A stretch of DNA of 29,927 bases from Pseudomonadota bacterium (GTDB taxonomy: Bacteria > Bdellovibrionota_F > JAHFAK01 > JBDREC01): positions 62,001 through 91,927 of the forward strand of contig JBDREC010000099.1 in NCBI GenBank assembly GCA_043820105.1, in the 5' to 3' direction. Position 1 is the stretch's first letter; each line of letters begins with the position of its first letter. The position numbers were made by a program, and so were the translations under genes. The notes under the pieces were generated by a model. That model did no database searches, was not told where the DNA came from, and saw only the letters and a list, made by a program, of their open reading frames with translations. Shown here piece after piece: positions 1 through 9,392 of this stretch.

Positions 1-1160
1 CTGGGTGCTATTATAATCCAGCTGGAATTGCTTTTGTTGATAGATCGTCGCTCTCTTTATCATCTACTGTTTATTCTTTTCAAACACTAAGGACAGAGAA
101 TGCCTTTCAACATTTAGAAGCTGGTGTTATTGATGCTGAAAGTTCAGTTATGACTCCTATTCCTTCAACTGTAGCTACTGTAAAGAAAATATATGACTTT
201 TTAACTGTTGGTATTTGTGCCATTGTTCCTGATTATACTCATATTACAATCGAAACAATGATTACAGTTAATAATGCTTTATATTCTTTAAGAAGGAACC
301 TAACTGATCAAACACTTTTTGTTGGTCCCACAGCTGCTTATAAGATTTTGGATAACCTATCAGTTGGAATGTCTGTTTTCTATGCAACAAGAACTTATTC
401 TCTTAGCAATACCCTTACTAATACAGAAGATATTACAGTTACTTCTCCCTTAATAACAATTTCTACCTCTGATACTTATATTGATCATTCTGCCTTTTTA
501 CTTCTATTTGGCGTTAAATATGATCCAACTCCAGATGTTCACCTGGGACTTTCTATACGAACTCCCTCAATTAAAAAGTCCGGCAAGGGTTCTGTTTTTC
601 TGACTATTGTTGATGAAAATTCTAATTTTACAGCTGGTACAAATCTTTTATTTCCTGCTAATAATTTAGGTGCTGAAACAAAATATCCCATGAAGATGGC
701 TGCCGGAGTTGCATATGGAAGAAAAAAAGAATTTATGGTTTCGTTTGATTCAACTCTTTTTGTTGGAAGTAACTATAATTTAACTGAAATAGGATCAGGA
801 GGGTCAGCGGTTGTTATTGGAGCTGTTGAACAAAAAAATATTGTTAACTTCGCCTTAGGAGGCGAATATTATTTTAAAGAAGAGTTTCCTGTTAGATTAG
901 GAGCCTACACAAATTTAAGCGCTAATTCCGTTGAACGGGTTGAAGAAGATCTTAATTATGATAAAATAGATTATTTCGGAGGCACACTTGGAGTTGGATA
1001 TGAATCCAAAAATTCATCTCTTAATCTGGGCCTTAGCTACGCACTTGGTAGTGGAAAATCATCAAGAAGCTTTGGAGAGACCGTTGATAATATGACAGTA
1101 AAAGATTTTTCAGGCAGTCAATTAGGGATATTAATTGGTGGTTCTTATTATTTTGATTAG
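1..1160 (+). CDS. Outer-membrane beta-barrel transporter, FadL/OmpP1/TodX-like (5' truncated by window edge)
   Basis: Frame is open from nt 3 (GCYYNPAGIAFVD...). The YYNPAG motif, alternating beta-strand pattern and aromatic C-terminus (GGSYYFD) fit the family. The Met at 150 is internal. Confidence 0.7.
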   Translation, partial: GCYYNPAGIAFVDRSSLSLSSTVYSFQTLRTENAFQHLEAGVIDAESSVMTPIPSTVATVKKIYDFLTVGICAIVPDYTHITIETMITVNNALYSLRRNLTDQTLFVGPTAAYKILDNLSVGMSVFYATRTYSLSNTLTNTEDITVTSPLITISTSDTYIDHSAFLLLFGVKYDPTPDVHLGLSIRTPSIKKSGKGSVFLTIVDENSNFTAGTNLLFPANNLGAETKYPMKMAAGVAYGRKKEFMVSFDSTLFVGSNYNLTEIGSGGSAVVIGAVEQKNIVNFALGGEYYFKEEFPVRLGAYTNLSANSVERVEEDLNYDKIDYFGGTLGVGYESKNSSLNLGLSYALGSGKSSRSFGETVDNMTVKDFSGSQLGILIGGSYYFD

Positions 1161-1177
1161 TTTTAATTTGGCTTTTC

Positions 1178-2152
1178 TTAATTTTTAGTTCGAATCTTTA
1201 TCTTTGCAACAGGTTTATTATCTTTTCTATCTATAATATATTTTTCTGAAACATTTGCCAAAGATGAAGTTAAAAACTCCATGTAGATGTTTTCTTTGCC
1301 AATTCTTTTGCTTTTTTTGTATTCCTCAAGTTGGCTTAAGAATCTTTGGCTTTGGCCTTGGGATTGATTCACTTTTTCGTTTTTATAGGCCATGGCTTCT
1401 TGTATGTCTTTATTTGCTCTACCTTTAGCGCTTGGAATTTCTTCGTTTCTATAAGATTCTGCCTGACTAATTCTTTTGTTTTTATCAATTTTTGAATTTA
1501 TTACATCGTCAAAATATCTTTGCACAACATTTGGTGGTCGTACATTTTTTAATTCAACCAAAGAAATAGATAAGCCTGAGTTAAGATTACTTAACTTGTT
1601 TTGAGCATGCATTTTTATTTGAGTTTCTATTGTGGCTTTGCCAAAAGTTAAAATTTCTTCTACAGATGTTTTTGCCAAGGATTGAATAATTACGTTTTTA
1701 ACTGTTTCATAAAGTACAGGTTCATTGTCTTTTATGTTAAATAAATATTTAGCAGGATCTAATATTTTATATTGAATCACACAATTTAATTCTACAATAT
1801 TATTATCACCTGTGAGAGCATATTGTTTTAATGATGGTTCTGAGGTAGAAAAATTGTCAGTGCTTTGGGATTCGGAATTGTCATAGAAATCCTGAATTAA
1901 GATTCTTCTAACTGCTTTAACCGGAACCTTGGTAATTTCATCAATTGGCCAGGGGAGCTTGTAGTGTATGCCAGGAGATACATTTGAATCTATGATTTTT
2001 CCAAATCGCAGTAAGACGCCAGCTTCATTTTGTGAAACAGAATAAACACCTGAAGAAATATAAACAAAAGACAAAATTGCAGCAATAATAATAACAAAAC
2101 TCAAGCCTTCTTTAAGACTTGTTTGGATGTATTTCTTTAACAGTTTTTCCAA
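1178..2152 (-). CDS. hflK: HflK-like SPFH/Band 7 membrane protein
   Basis: N-terminal TM, then GVLLRFGK, PGIHYKLPWPID, LTGDNNIV, RPP..VQRYFDDV and IPSAKGRA coiled-coil. TTG start with AAGG upstream. Confidence 0.85.
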   Translation of the reverse strand: MEKLLKKYIQTSLKEGLSFVIIIAAILSFVYISSGVYSVSQNEAGVLLRFGKIIDSNVSPGIHYKLPWPIDEITKVPVKAVRRILIQDFYDNSESQSTDNFSTSEPSLKQYALTGDNNIVELNCVIQYKILDPAKYLFNIKDNEPVLYETVKNVIIQSLAKTSVEEILTFGKATIETQIKMHAQNKLSNLNSGLSISLVELKNVRPPNVVQRYFDDVINSKIDKNKRISQAESYRNEEIPSAKGRANKDIQEAMAYKNEKVNQSQGQSQRFLSQLEEYKKSKRIGKENIYMEFLTSSLANVSEKYIIDRKDNKPVAKIKIRTKN

Positions 2153-2165
2153 TGCTTTTTGCCTT

Positions 2166-3050
2166 TTATTTCTTGTTTTTAAAATCTAAATACTTAAATA
2201 ATTCTGAATCAGTCGAGAGGATTAAGGTGCTTTTTTTCTTTAAAATTTCACTATAAGCTTGCAAGGACTTTGTGAATTCAAAAAAGTCAGGATCTTTGCT
2301 ATAGGCGCTAGCATAAATTTCCATTGATTGAGAATCTCCTTCTCCCTTTATTATTTCAGATTCTTTATAAGCAAGAGCTAAAATCTCTGTAACCTCTCTA
2401 TCTGTTTGGGCTTCTATTTTAGATGCCTCCTGTTCACCTTCTGCTCTATATTTTTTTGCTTCTTTTGATCTTTCAGCTCTCATCCTTGCATAGACAGATT
2501 CAGCTACAATTTCTGGATATGTAATTCTACTAATTCCAACTGATACAATTTGAATGCCATAATTTGCTCTTGTTTTTAGGTCTGCGTTTTCTTTTATTTT
2601 GTTTTCAATTTCATCTATTTTAACATGGGCTTGATTGGTGTTTATAATATTATCAATTGTGTAATCACCAAGAGCTGATCCAAGTTGTGAATTGACCATG
2701 TCATTAAGTTTTTCTTTTGCTATTTCAAAAGTTGTTAATGATTGGAAAAACTGAACTGGCTTATCAATCTTATAGCAAACATAGGTTGTAATAATTAATG
2801 GATTTTTATCACCAAGCAGAAGTTGAATAGCTTGGGTTTTAAGAATTTGAGTTCTTTTATCAAGTGTATTGATTTTTTGTAAAAATCCGGGAAGTTTAAA
2901 ATAAAGTCCGGGTGTACTTATGGTTCTAACAGGCTTTCCAAACTGCGTGATAACAGCATGTTCATTTTCAGGCAGAATAAATAAAGACATAAAACCTAAA
3001 ATTATAAAGAGAATTGTGATTAAAAATATTATTGTTTTTTTCTTTTTCAT
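2166..3050 (-). CDS. hflC: HflC-like SPFH membrane protein
   Basis: VITQFGKPVR..PGLYFKLP, VYARMRAER, RAEGEQEA, IKGEGD, AYSKDPDFFEFTKSLQAY are typical HflC motifs. Confidence 0.9.
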   Translation of the reverse strand: MKKKKTIIFLITILFIILGFMSLFILPENEHAVITQFGKPVRTISTPGLYFKLPGFLQKINTLDKRTQILKTQAIQLLLGDKNPLIITTYVCYKIDKPVQFFQSLTTFEIAKEKLNDMVNSQLGSALGDYTIDNIINTNQAHVKIDEIENKIKENADLKTRANYGIQIVSVGISRITYPEIVAESVYARMRAERSKEAKKYRAEGEQEASKIEAQTDREVTEILALAYKESEIIKGEGDSQSMEIYASAYSKDPDFFEFTKSLQAYSEILKKKSTLILSTDSELFKYLDFKNKK

Positions 3051-3071
3051 TTATTTGCCTAACTTTATGTT

Positions 3072-4796
3072 TTAAAATCTATCTTGTATCGGATAATCTT
3101 TAAAATTGGAGAAAATTTCTATTTCACCTGCTTTTGGATCAATAAGAATTTTTGTTCCATCCTGTAATGATTCACTAATTTTGTCTATGTAAAGGTTTTT
3201 CTTAATTATAGTTTTATTCTTTTTAAAAACATGGTTTTTAAGGGCAAACCTTTTTGTTTCTCCTAAAGAGTGATTGACTTTTTCAGAAACATAGGCATGC
3301 GCTTCTTGTTTTTTCTTCGCAGCAAGTCCCATGGCTTCAGGTAATGATTTATATCTATATCCTTTGGCAATATCTATAATCTGTTGTTTTTCCTGAATAG
3401 AGGCTACAACTCTTTCAAAAGAATCAGCTATAAAAATTGGAGGATGTATGTCTTTTAAATTAACAGATACAATTTTTATTCCAAGTTTAAGTTGATCTGC
3501 TTGTTGTTGAATCTTTTCCTCAAGCTTAGAGACTAGTGATTTTCTATAGTTTGTTGCTATTTCATAAAAAGTTTTCTGAGCAAAAATTCTAGAGATGATT
3601 TTATTTGAAAGGTTTTGCATTAGTAAAACAGGTTTTTCGTGATTATAGTAATATGCAAAGATATCTTTGATTTCATAATGTATTGCGGCGTATGGATAGA
3701 AAAAATTATTGTCAGCAGATAAAAAGGCTTCTTTTTCTCCATGCGCCTTGGTCCAGATTAAGGCATTTGTGTTGCTTGAAGGGCTATTGCCAATATCCAG
3801 AGAATTTATTTGTTTAGATTGAATATTAATGTTTTTATCTATTGGCCATGGAAGTTTAATGTGGAGTCCTGCTTGTCTTGGGTTTGTGATGTTAATAGCC
3901 TTGCCAAATCTTTCAATAATGGCTTCTTCATTGCTCGCTACAGTGTAAATTGAGGTTGAAAAAAAGGCTAGAATAACAATTATAATAAAACCAATTGGAA
4001 GTAGCTGTATCGTTTTTTTTATACTTTTTGAAAGTTCTAAATTTATTCCAAGTTTATTTTCTAGTAGTCTATAAAAAGCCTTTAATACTTTTGGATCAAA
4101 GATATAGACAAGAATGGTTGTCATTTTATATTTAAATATATGGTCTTTATCCTTTTTTATTGATGAAACAAAAACATTTACTATTGTTTCAATTCCAAAT
4201 GAAAAAATAGCAATGGCGATAATTACAGCAACAAGACTATCAACATTAAACCCTAACTTATAAATAATTAGTGAAAAACCAGTAAGCAAAGAAGCGATCA
4301 TATCAGCTTTTGAGTGCATTCCATCTGAGATTAATCCTAGAGAATTTTCCTTTTTTCCAACACTTGTTTCAAATCTATATACAACGTAGGAACAAAAAGA
4401 GAAAAAGAGAAAAAGAATTCCTGAAAATAAAGGATTTGTAATAACTGGTTTTGCATATGAAAATATTTTAATGATAATTGATATTGAAACATAGGTCATA
4501 AATATTCCTATTAACAAGGAAATCTTATGCTCCAATGAAAAGGATAAAATATGGTTAAATGTTTTTCTTAATTTTTTGAAACGTTTATACTTCTTTTGCT
4601 CAAAGGTACTATTGTTTCTATCTTTTCTTTTTATTGAAATAAATACTAGTATTGAAGTAACTATATCACTAAAGCTATGAAAGCTTTCAGCTAAAATGGC
4701 TAAGCTTCCCGTAAAGGCAAAAGAAATGAACTTGAATATTGTTAATAATAAATTAGCTAAGATTGAAATTAGCGCGGTTTTTTCTTTGAGGGTCAT
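3072..4796 (-). CDS. Fusion: cation diffusion facilitator (CDF) TM domain + HflK-like SPFH domain
   Basis: N-half: GSLAILAESFHSFSD (TM2) and LISDGMHSKAD (TM5) CDF motifs. C-half: TM, AIIERFGK, GLHIKLPWPID, FLSADNNF, DIHPP..IADSFERV. Single ORF with AAGGTG SD. Confidence 0.85.
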   Translation of the reverse strand: MTLKEKTALISILANLLLTIFKFISFAFTGSLAILAESFHSFSDIVTSILVFISIKRKDRNNSTFEQKKYKRFKKLRKTFNHILSFSLEHKISLLIGIFMTYVSISIIIKIFSYAKPVITNPLFSGILFLFFSFCSYVVYRFETSVGKKENSLGLISDGMHSKADMIASLLTGFSLIIYKLGFNVDSLVAVIIAIAIFSFGIETIVNVFVSSIKKDKDHIFKYKMTTILVYIFDPKVLKAFYRLLENKLGINLELSKSIKKTIQLLPIGFIIIVILAFFSTSIYTVASNEEAIIERFGKAINITNPRQAGLHIKLPWPIDKNINIQSKQINSLDIGNSPSSNTNALIWTKAHGEKEAFLSADNNFFYPYAAIHYEIKDIFAYYYNHEKPVLLMQNLSNKIISRIFAQKTFYEIATNYRKSLVSKLEEKIQQQADQLKLGIKIVSVNLKDIHPPIFIADSFERVVASIQEKQQIIDIAKGYRYKSLPEAMGLAAKKKQEAHAYVSEKVNHSLGETKRFALKNHVFKKNKTIIKKNLYIDKISESLQDGTKILIDPKAGEIEIFSNFKDYPIQDRF

Positions 4797-4956
4797 TTAT
4801 GTTTCACCTTTAAACCATAAAACCAATCGTTATTAGATACTTATAATAAAAAGATCAAGTCTATTGTTTTGTTGTCAAATAAATATCTTGCTTTGCTTGG
4901 AAATATCTATTAATGGAAGTCAAAAATCAATGAATCTGAATTTGGAGGCTAAGAAA

Positions 4957-6309
4957 ATGGACAAAAAGATTTTTAGAGAATATGATATTAGAGGTGTTGT
5001 CAGTGAAGATTTAACTCCTGGTGTTGTAGAGAACCTTGGCAAGGCTTTTGCTAAAAAACTAATAGATAAAACTTCTGGAAATAAAGTAGTGGTTGGGCGT
5101 GATTGCAGACTCAGCTCAAATGACCTGGCTCAATCTCTGTTTAAAGGACTTACATCATCTGGTGTAGATGTCATAGATATTGGAATCTGTCCAACTCCTG
5201 TTTTATATTTTTCTCAGAAGAATTTTGATACAAATGGCGCGATAATGATCACAGGAAGCCACAATCCTCCTGAATTTAATGGTTTTAAGATGATAGTTGG
5301 GGAATCAACCCTACACGGTAAAACTATTCAAGAATTATATGAAATAATAATAAATAATGACTTTCATGTAGGAGAAGGTACTGTTGAGAAAAAACAAATA
5401 ATTCCTATTTACCAAAGCTATATTAAGGAAAATATTGGTATTAAAGGCCATGGCATGAAGGTAGTTATTGATTCAGGTAATGGCACTGGAGGAGTTGTTG
5501 CTCATCCTATTATGGATGATTTAGGCTTTGATGTTGTTTCGATTTTCGAAGAAATGGATGGCAATTTTCCAAACCATCACCCTGATCCAACTGTTCCAGA
5601 TAACCTAAAAGCCCTTATAACAAAAGTAAAACAAAGCAGGGCAAAAGTGGGAATTGGATATGATGGAGATGCTGATAGAATTGGTGTTGTTGATTCAGAT
5701 GGCAATGTCATTTATGGTGATAAATTATTTATTATTTTTGCACGAGATGTTTTAACTAGAATTCCAAACGCTACATTTATTTCAGAAGTTAAATGCTCAC
5801 AAACAATGTATGATGCTATAGCAAAAGCTGGTGGAAAACCCATTATGTGGAAGACCGGTCATTCCCTTATAAAGCAGAAAATGAAAGATGAAAAAGCAGC
5901 TTTAGCTGGCGAAATGTCAGGACACATGTTTTTTTCTGAAGGTTATTTGGGCTTTGATGATGCTATTTATGCTTCTTGTAGGCTTTTGAAAATTCTTGTT
6001 CAAACAGGAAAAACAGTGCAAGAACTTCTTGAAGATATTCCAAAAACTTTTGTTACTCCAGAAATCAGAGTAGCTTGCCCTGATGAAGAAAAATTTGAAG
6101 TTGTTACAAAGGTAAAAGAATATTTTAAAAAAGAATATAAATTAATCGATATTGATGGAGCTAGGATTTTGTTTGATGAAGGCTGGGGACTTGTTCGAGC
6201 ATCAAATACACAGCCTGTTTTGGTTATGCGTTTTGAAGCTTTTTCAGAAGAAGGCCTAAATGCAATTAAAACAAAAGTTGAGGAGGTTGTAAATGGCTTT
6301 ATTGGATAA
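4957..6309 (+). CDS. manB: Phosphomannomutase/phosphoglucomutase
   Basis: IFREYDIRG, ITGSHNP (phospho-Ser), DGDADR, GEMSGH, VRASNTQP. Start moved to ATG 4957, which follows a GGAGG SD. Confidence 0.93.
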   Translation: MDKKIFREYDIRGVVSEDLTPGVVENLGKAFAKKLIDKTSGNKVVVGRDCRLSSNDLAQSLFKGLTSSGVDVIDIGICPTPVLYFSQKNFDTNGAIMITGSHNPPEFNGFKMIVGESTLHGKTIQELYEIIINNDFHVGEGTVEKKQIIPIYQSYIKENIGIKGHGMKVVIDSGNGTGGVVAHPIMDDLGFDVVSIFEEMDGNFPNHHPDPTVPDNLKALITKVKQSRAKVGIGYDGDADRIGVVDSDGNVIYGDKLFIIFARDVLTRIPNATFISEVKCSQTMYDAIAKAGGKPIMWKTGHSLIKQKMKDEKAALAGEMSGHMFFSEGYLGFDDAIYASCRLLKILVQTGKTVQELLEDIPKTFVTPEIRVACPDEEKFEVVTKVKEYFKKEYKLIDIDGARILFDEGWGLVRASNTQPVLVMRFEAFSEEGLNAIKTKVEEVVNGFIG

Positions 6310-7378
6310 GACCTTTGTAATAATTATGGCTGGTGGCAAGGGCACTCGTTTTTGGCCAGCAAGTAGAAAAAAACATCCAAAACAGTTTTTAAAAATCTTA
6401 GGTAAGCAATCAATGCTGCAATTGACTTGTGACAGAATGATTCAGGTCGTAAGCCTCCAAAACATTTATGTTGTTACAGAGGCTGGTTTTAAAGATGAAG
6501 TTGCAAAACAGCTGCCAGAACTTCCCCCAAAAAATATTCTTGAAGAACCAATGGGAAAATCAACAGCAGCTGCTATTGGTTATGCTGCTGTGACAATTAC
6601 CAGAGAAGTGCCAGATGCAACTTTAATTTTGCTTCCCTCAGATCATTACATTGGGGACCTTCATGAATTTACAAATACCATGAAAACAGTTTCAGGGTAT
6701 GCTCAAGATAATGATGTGCTTTGCACTTTAGGTGTTAAACCAACTTCCCCTGAAACCGGTTATGGATATATTCATTTAGGCAATAGATTTGAAAAGGTTG
6801 GTGACTACAAAATCTTTCAAGTTGAGAATTTTGTTGAAAAACCAGATCTTTATACTGCTATTAGATATCTGGAAGATGGCAAATACTATTGGAACTCAGG
6901 CATTTTTGTTTTTAGCGCAAAAGCCCTGTTTGAATCAATTATTGCATATATGCCAAAACTTTGGCAGGGATTGGAAAATGTGATCAAGCTTCCTTTTCCA
7001 TATCCTGGTGATGAGCTAAATAAAATTTATTCTGATTTTGAAAACATTTCAATTGATTATGGTATTATGGAAAAGGCGGACAATGTTCAGTGCATGCCAG
7101 CATCCTTTATTTGGTCAGACACCGGTTCATGGACAAGTTTGGAAAATTTTTTAGAAAAAGATGAAGAAGGAAATATGACTCATGGAGATGTTATTAACCT
7201 GGGTTGCACAAATTGTATCATTGTCGGCAACGAATCAATGACAGCAGCCATTAATGTGCATGACCTTATTATAGTTTCTTCTCCAAATGCTGTGCTTGTT
7301 AGTAATAAAGAAAACGCTCAAGAAGTTAAAAAGGTTGTTGAGCAGCTAGAGAAGGACGCTAAGGAGAAGTATCTTTAA
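6293..7378 (+). CDS. manC: Mannose-1-phosphate guanylyltransferase (no C-terminal cupin/PMI domain)
   Basis: IMAGGKGTRFWPASR..PKQF, PETGYGYI, FVEKP, WNSGIF, SIDYGIMEK. Overlaps manB by 17 nt. Confidence 0.93.
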   Translation: MALLDKTFVIIMAGGKGTRFWPASRKKHPKQFLKILGKQSMLQLTCDRMIQVVSLQNIYVVTEAGFKDEVAKQLPELPPKNILEEPMGKSTAAAIGYAAVTITREVPDATLILLPSDHYIGDLHEFTNTMKTVSGYAQDNDVLCTLGVKPTSPETGYGYIHLGNRFEKVGDYKIFQVENFVEKPDLYTAIRYLEDGKYYWNSGIFVFSAKALFESIIAYMPKLWQGLENVIKLPFPYPGDELNKIYSDFENISIDYGIMEKADNVQCMPASFIWSDTGSWTSLENFLEKDEEGNMTHGDVINLGCTNCIIVGNESMTAAINVHDLIIVSSPNAVLVSNKENAQEVKKVVEQLEKDAKEKYL

Positions 7379-7415
7379 GTGGTAAGTGGTAAGTGGTAAG
7401 GGGTAAGTGGTAAGT
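7376..7415. repeat. Heptamer tandem repeat (TAAGTGG) x~5.7
   Basis: taagtgg taagtgg taagtgg taagggg taagtgg taagt. It starts in the manC stop codon and ends against the oppC stop. Confidence 0.95.
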
Positions 7416-8309
7416 TTAGTCGTTTTTGTCACTTGGGTCTAGGGCGTCTCTTAGGCCATCTCCAACAAAATTTAGTGAAAAAAGTATGATCGCCATTGTT
7501 AGGGCTGGAAAAATTAATAGCCAGGGGTAGGTTTCCATTGATTGGACACCACTTGCAACTAATAAACCCCAACTTGACATTGGTGGTTGAACACCAAGTC
7601 CTAGAAAGCTTAAAAAGGCTTCTTCCAGCATTACAGAAGGTATCGTTAAAGTTGAATATATTATTATTGGACCTAAAGCATTGGGAATTAGATGCCTAAA
7701 AATAATTTTCATTTTTGTAACACCAATAGCTTTAGCGGCCATTACGAAATCTTTTTCCTTTAAGGATAATATCTGCCCCCTTACTATTCGTGACATTGTT
7801 AGCCATTGAATTGCACCAAGGGCAATAAATAAATTGTAAATATTTCTTCCAGCAATAACCATTAAAATAATTACAAAAAACATAAAAGGCATGGAGTATA
7901 GGATATCCACAATTCTCATCATTATTAAATCAGTTTTTTTACCAAAAAATCCTGAAATCGCCCCATAAGAAACACCTATTATTAATGAAACTAAGGTGGC
8001 AAGAATTCCAACGGCCAATGAAACTCTTCCTCCATACAAAAGTCGTGTAAACAAATCTCTGCCCAGGTCATCTGTGCCAAGCAAGTGTTTAAAGCTAGGA
8101 GCTTGAGCACCATATTCAAGGTTCTGTTCTTCATAGCCATATGGGGCTATTAAAGGAGTAATGATTGTAATTATGATGAAAAAAAAGATTACGATTAAAC
8201 CAAATAAAGCCAGCTTATTTCTTGTTAATCTATAGACAGCATCTTTAAAAAGCGAAGATGTCTTTTCCTCGCTGTACGCTGTGCGCTGTACGCCGTGCGC
8301 CTTATTCAT
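7416..8309 (-). CDS. oppC: Oligopeptide/dipeptide ABC transporter permease, OppC/DppC
   Basis: HLLGTDDLGRD, RIVRGQILSLKEKDFVMAAKAIG (EAA loop), EAFLSFLGLG, GDGLRDALDP. Confidence 0.92.
   Translation of the reverse strand: MNKAHGVQRTAYSEEKTSSLFKDAVYRLTRNKLALFGLIVIFFFIIITIITPLIAPYGYEEQNLEYGAQAPSFKHLLGTDDLGRDLFTRLLYGGRVSLAVGILATLVSLIIGVSYGAISGFFGKKTDLIMMRIVDILYSMPFMFFVIILMVIAGRNIYNLFIALGAIQWLTMSRIVRGQILSLKEKDFVMAAKAIGVTKMKIIFRHLIPNALGPIIIYSTLTIPSVMLEEAFLSFLGLGVQPPMSSWGLLVASGVQSMETYPWLLIFPALTMAIILFSLNFVGDGLRDALDPSDKND
8271..8301. repeat. Heptamer tandem repeat (GCYGTRC) x~4.4 inside the oppC 5' end
   Basis: gctgtac gctgtgc gctgtac gccgtgc gcc; encodes AHGVQRTAYS on the minus strand. Confidence 0.85.
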
Positions 8310-9219
8310 ATCTCACCCTTGGATCAAGATAAGCATAAATAATATCCACAATTAGGTTCATTATTATTAACAGAGATGCATAAAATAAAGCAGTACCCAT
8401 TACTAGAGTATAATCCCTATTCAAGGCGCTTTGAACGAAATATCTTCCAAGCCCTGGGATATTAAAAATTGTTTCTACAACCATTGATCCTGTTAAAATG
8501 CCTGCAAGGGCTGGGCCTGTGAATGAGACTACTGGTAATATACCACCCTTTAAGGCATGCTTAAACATAATATGTTTTTCGCTTAATCCTTTTGCTCTGG
8601 CTACTTTGATGTAATTTTGGCTTAGAATTTCTAACATGCCACCTCTTGCTAGTCTCGCTATATATGCTGTATATATAGCGCTTAAAGTAAGAGCTGGTAA
8701 AATCATTGATGAAATAGTTTCCCATCCAGCAACAGGAAAGCATTTAATATGGATCGCAAAAATTAGAATTAATAAAGGGCCAAGAACAAAGCTAGGTGTA
8801 GATATTCCAAGCATAGCAAAAGCCATGATAATATAATCAAAAAAGGAATTCCTTTTATTGCTGGATATTATTCCAGCTAAAGTTCCCATTAATAAGGCAA
8901 AGGCAATGGCCCAAAGTCCAAGCTCCAGGGAAACAGGGACTGAACTTAAAATGATCTCACTTACATTTCTGTTTTGGTATTTGTAAGATGGGCCTAAATC
9001 AAATTGTAAAAGTCCCTTCATGTAATACAAATATTGAATATATAAAGGTTTATCGAAATGGAATTTCGCATTTATATTTTTTTCGATTTCTGGAGGCAAG
9101 ACTTTTTCAGAATCAAAGGGTCCTCCTGGGGCTAGGTGCATTAAAAAAAAAGTTAAGCTTGCTATAATAAAAATAACAGGAATAGCAGTCAAAAGTCTTT
9201 TTACAATATATTTTAACAA
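8302..9219 (-). CDS. oppB: Oligopeptide ABC transporter permease, OppB
   Basis: APGGPF, DLGPS, YIKVARAKGL, VVETIFNIPGLG, NRDY, AYLDPRVR. TTG start with GAGGA SD. Confidence 0.92.
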   Translation of the reverse strand: MLKYIVKRLLTAIPVIFIIASLTFFLMHLAPGGPFDSEKVLPPEIEKNINAKFHFDKPLYIQYLYYMKGLLQFDLGPSYKYQNRNVSEIILSSVPVSLELGLWAIAFALLMGTLAGIISSNKRNSFFDYIIMAFAMLGISTPSFVLGPLLILIFAIHIKCFPVAGWETISSMILPALTLSAIYTAYIARLARGGMLEILSQNYIKVARAKGLSEKHIMFKHALKGGILPVVSFTGPALAGILTGSMVVETIFNIPGLGRYFVQSALNRDYTLVMGTALFYASLLIIMNLIVDIIYAYLDPRVRYE

Positions 9220-9392
9220 ACTTATGTGTCCTCTTTTTTTAATACTAGAAAAAGGATATATTATTGTAAAATGCTTTTCAAGAGGAAATAATATAAAAAA
9301 TAGCTTGAAATTGTTTGAAAAACCTTATATTGGGACAAAACGGGTGAAAAAACAACATCTGGCATTATTTACAAGCAAAAAGGGGCCCCTGA

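Noticed and set aside
4864-4956. Long N-terminal extension of manB (likewise the extensions from 21863, 23420, 24686 and 27143)
   Set aside because: Longest-ORF artefacts; SD position, signal peptides and overlaps favour the downstream starts.
9374-9389. Minus-strand GG-N10-GC (GGGGCCCCTTTTTGCT) upstream of oppB
   Set aside because: Poor -24 match, and the G-run is explained by the SD of the gene at 9393.
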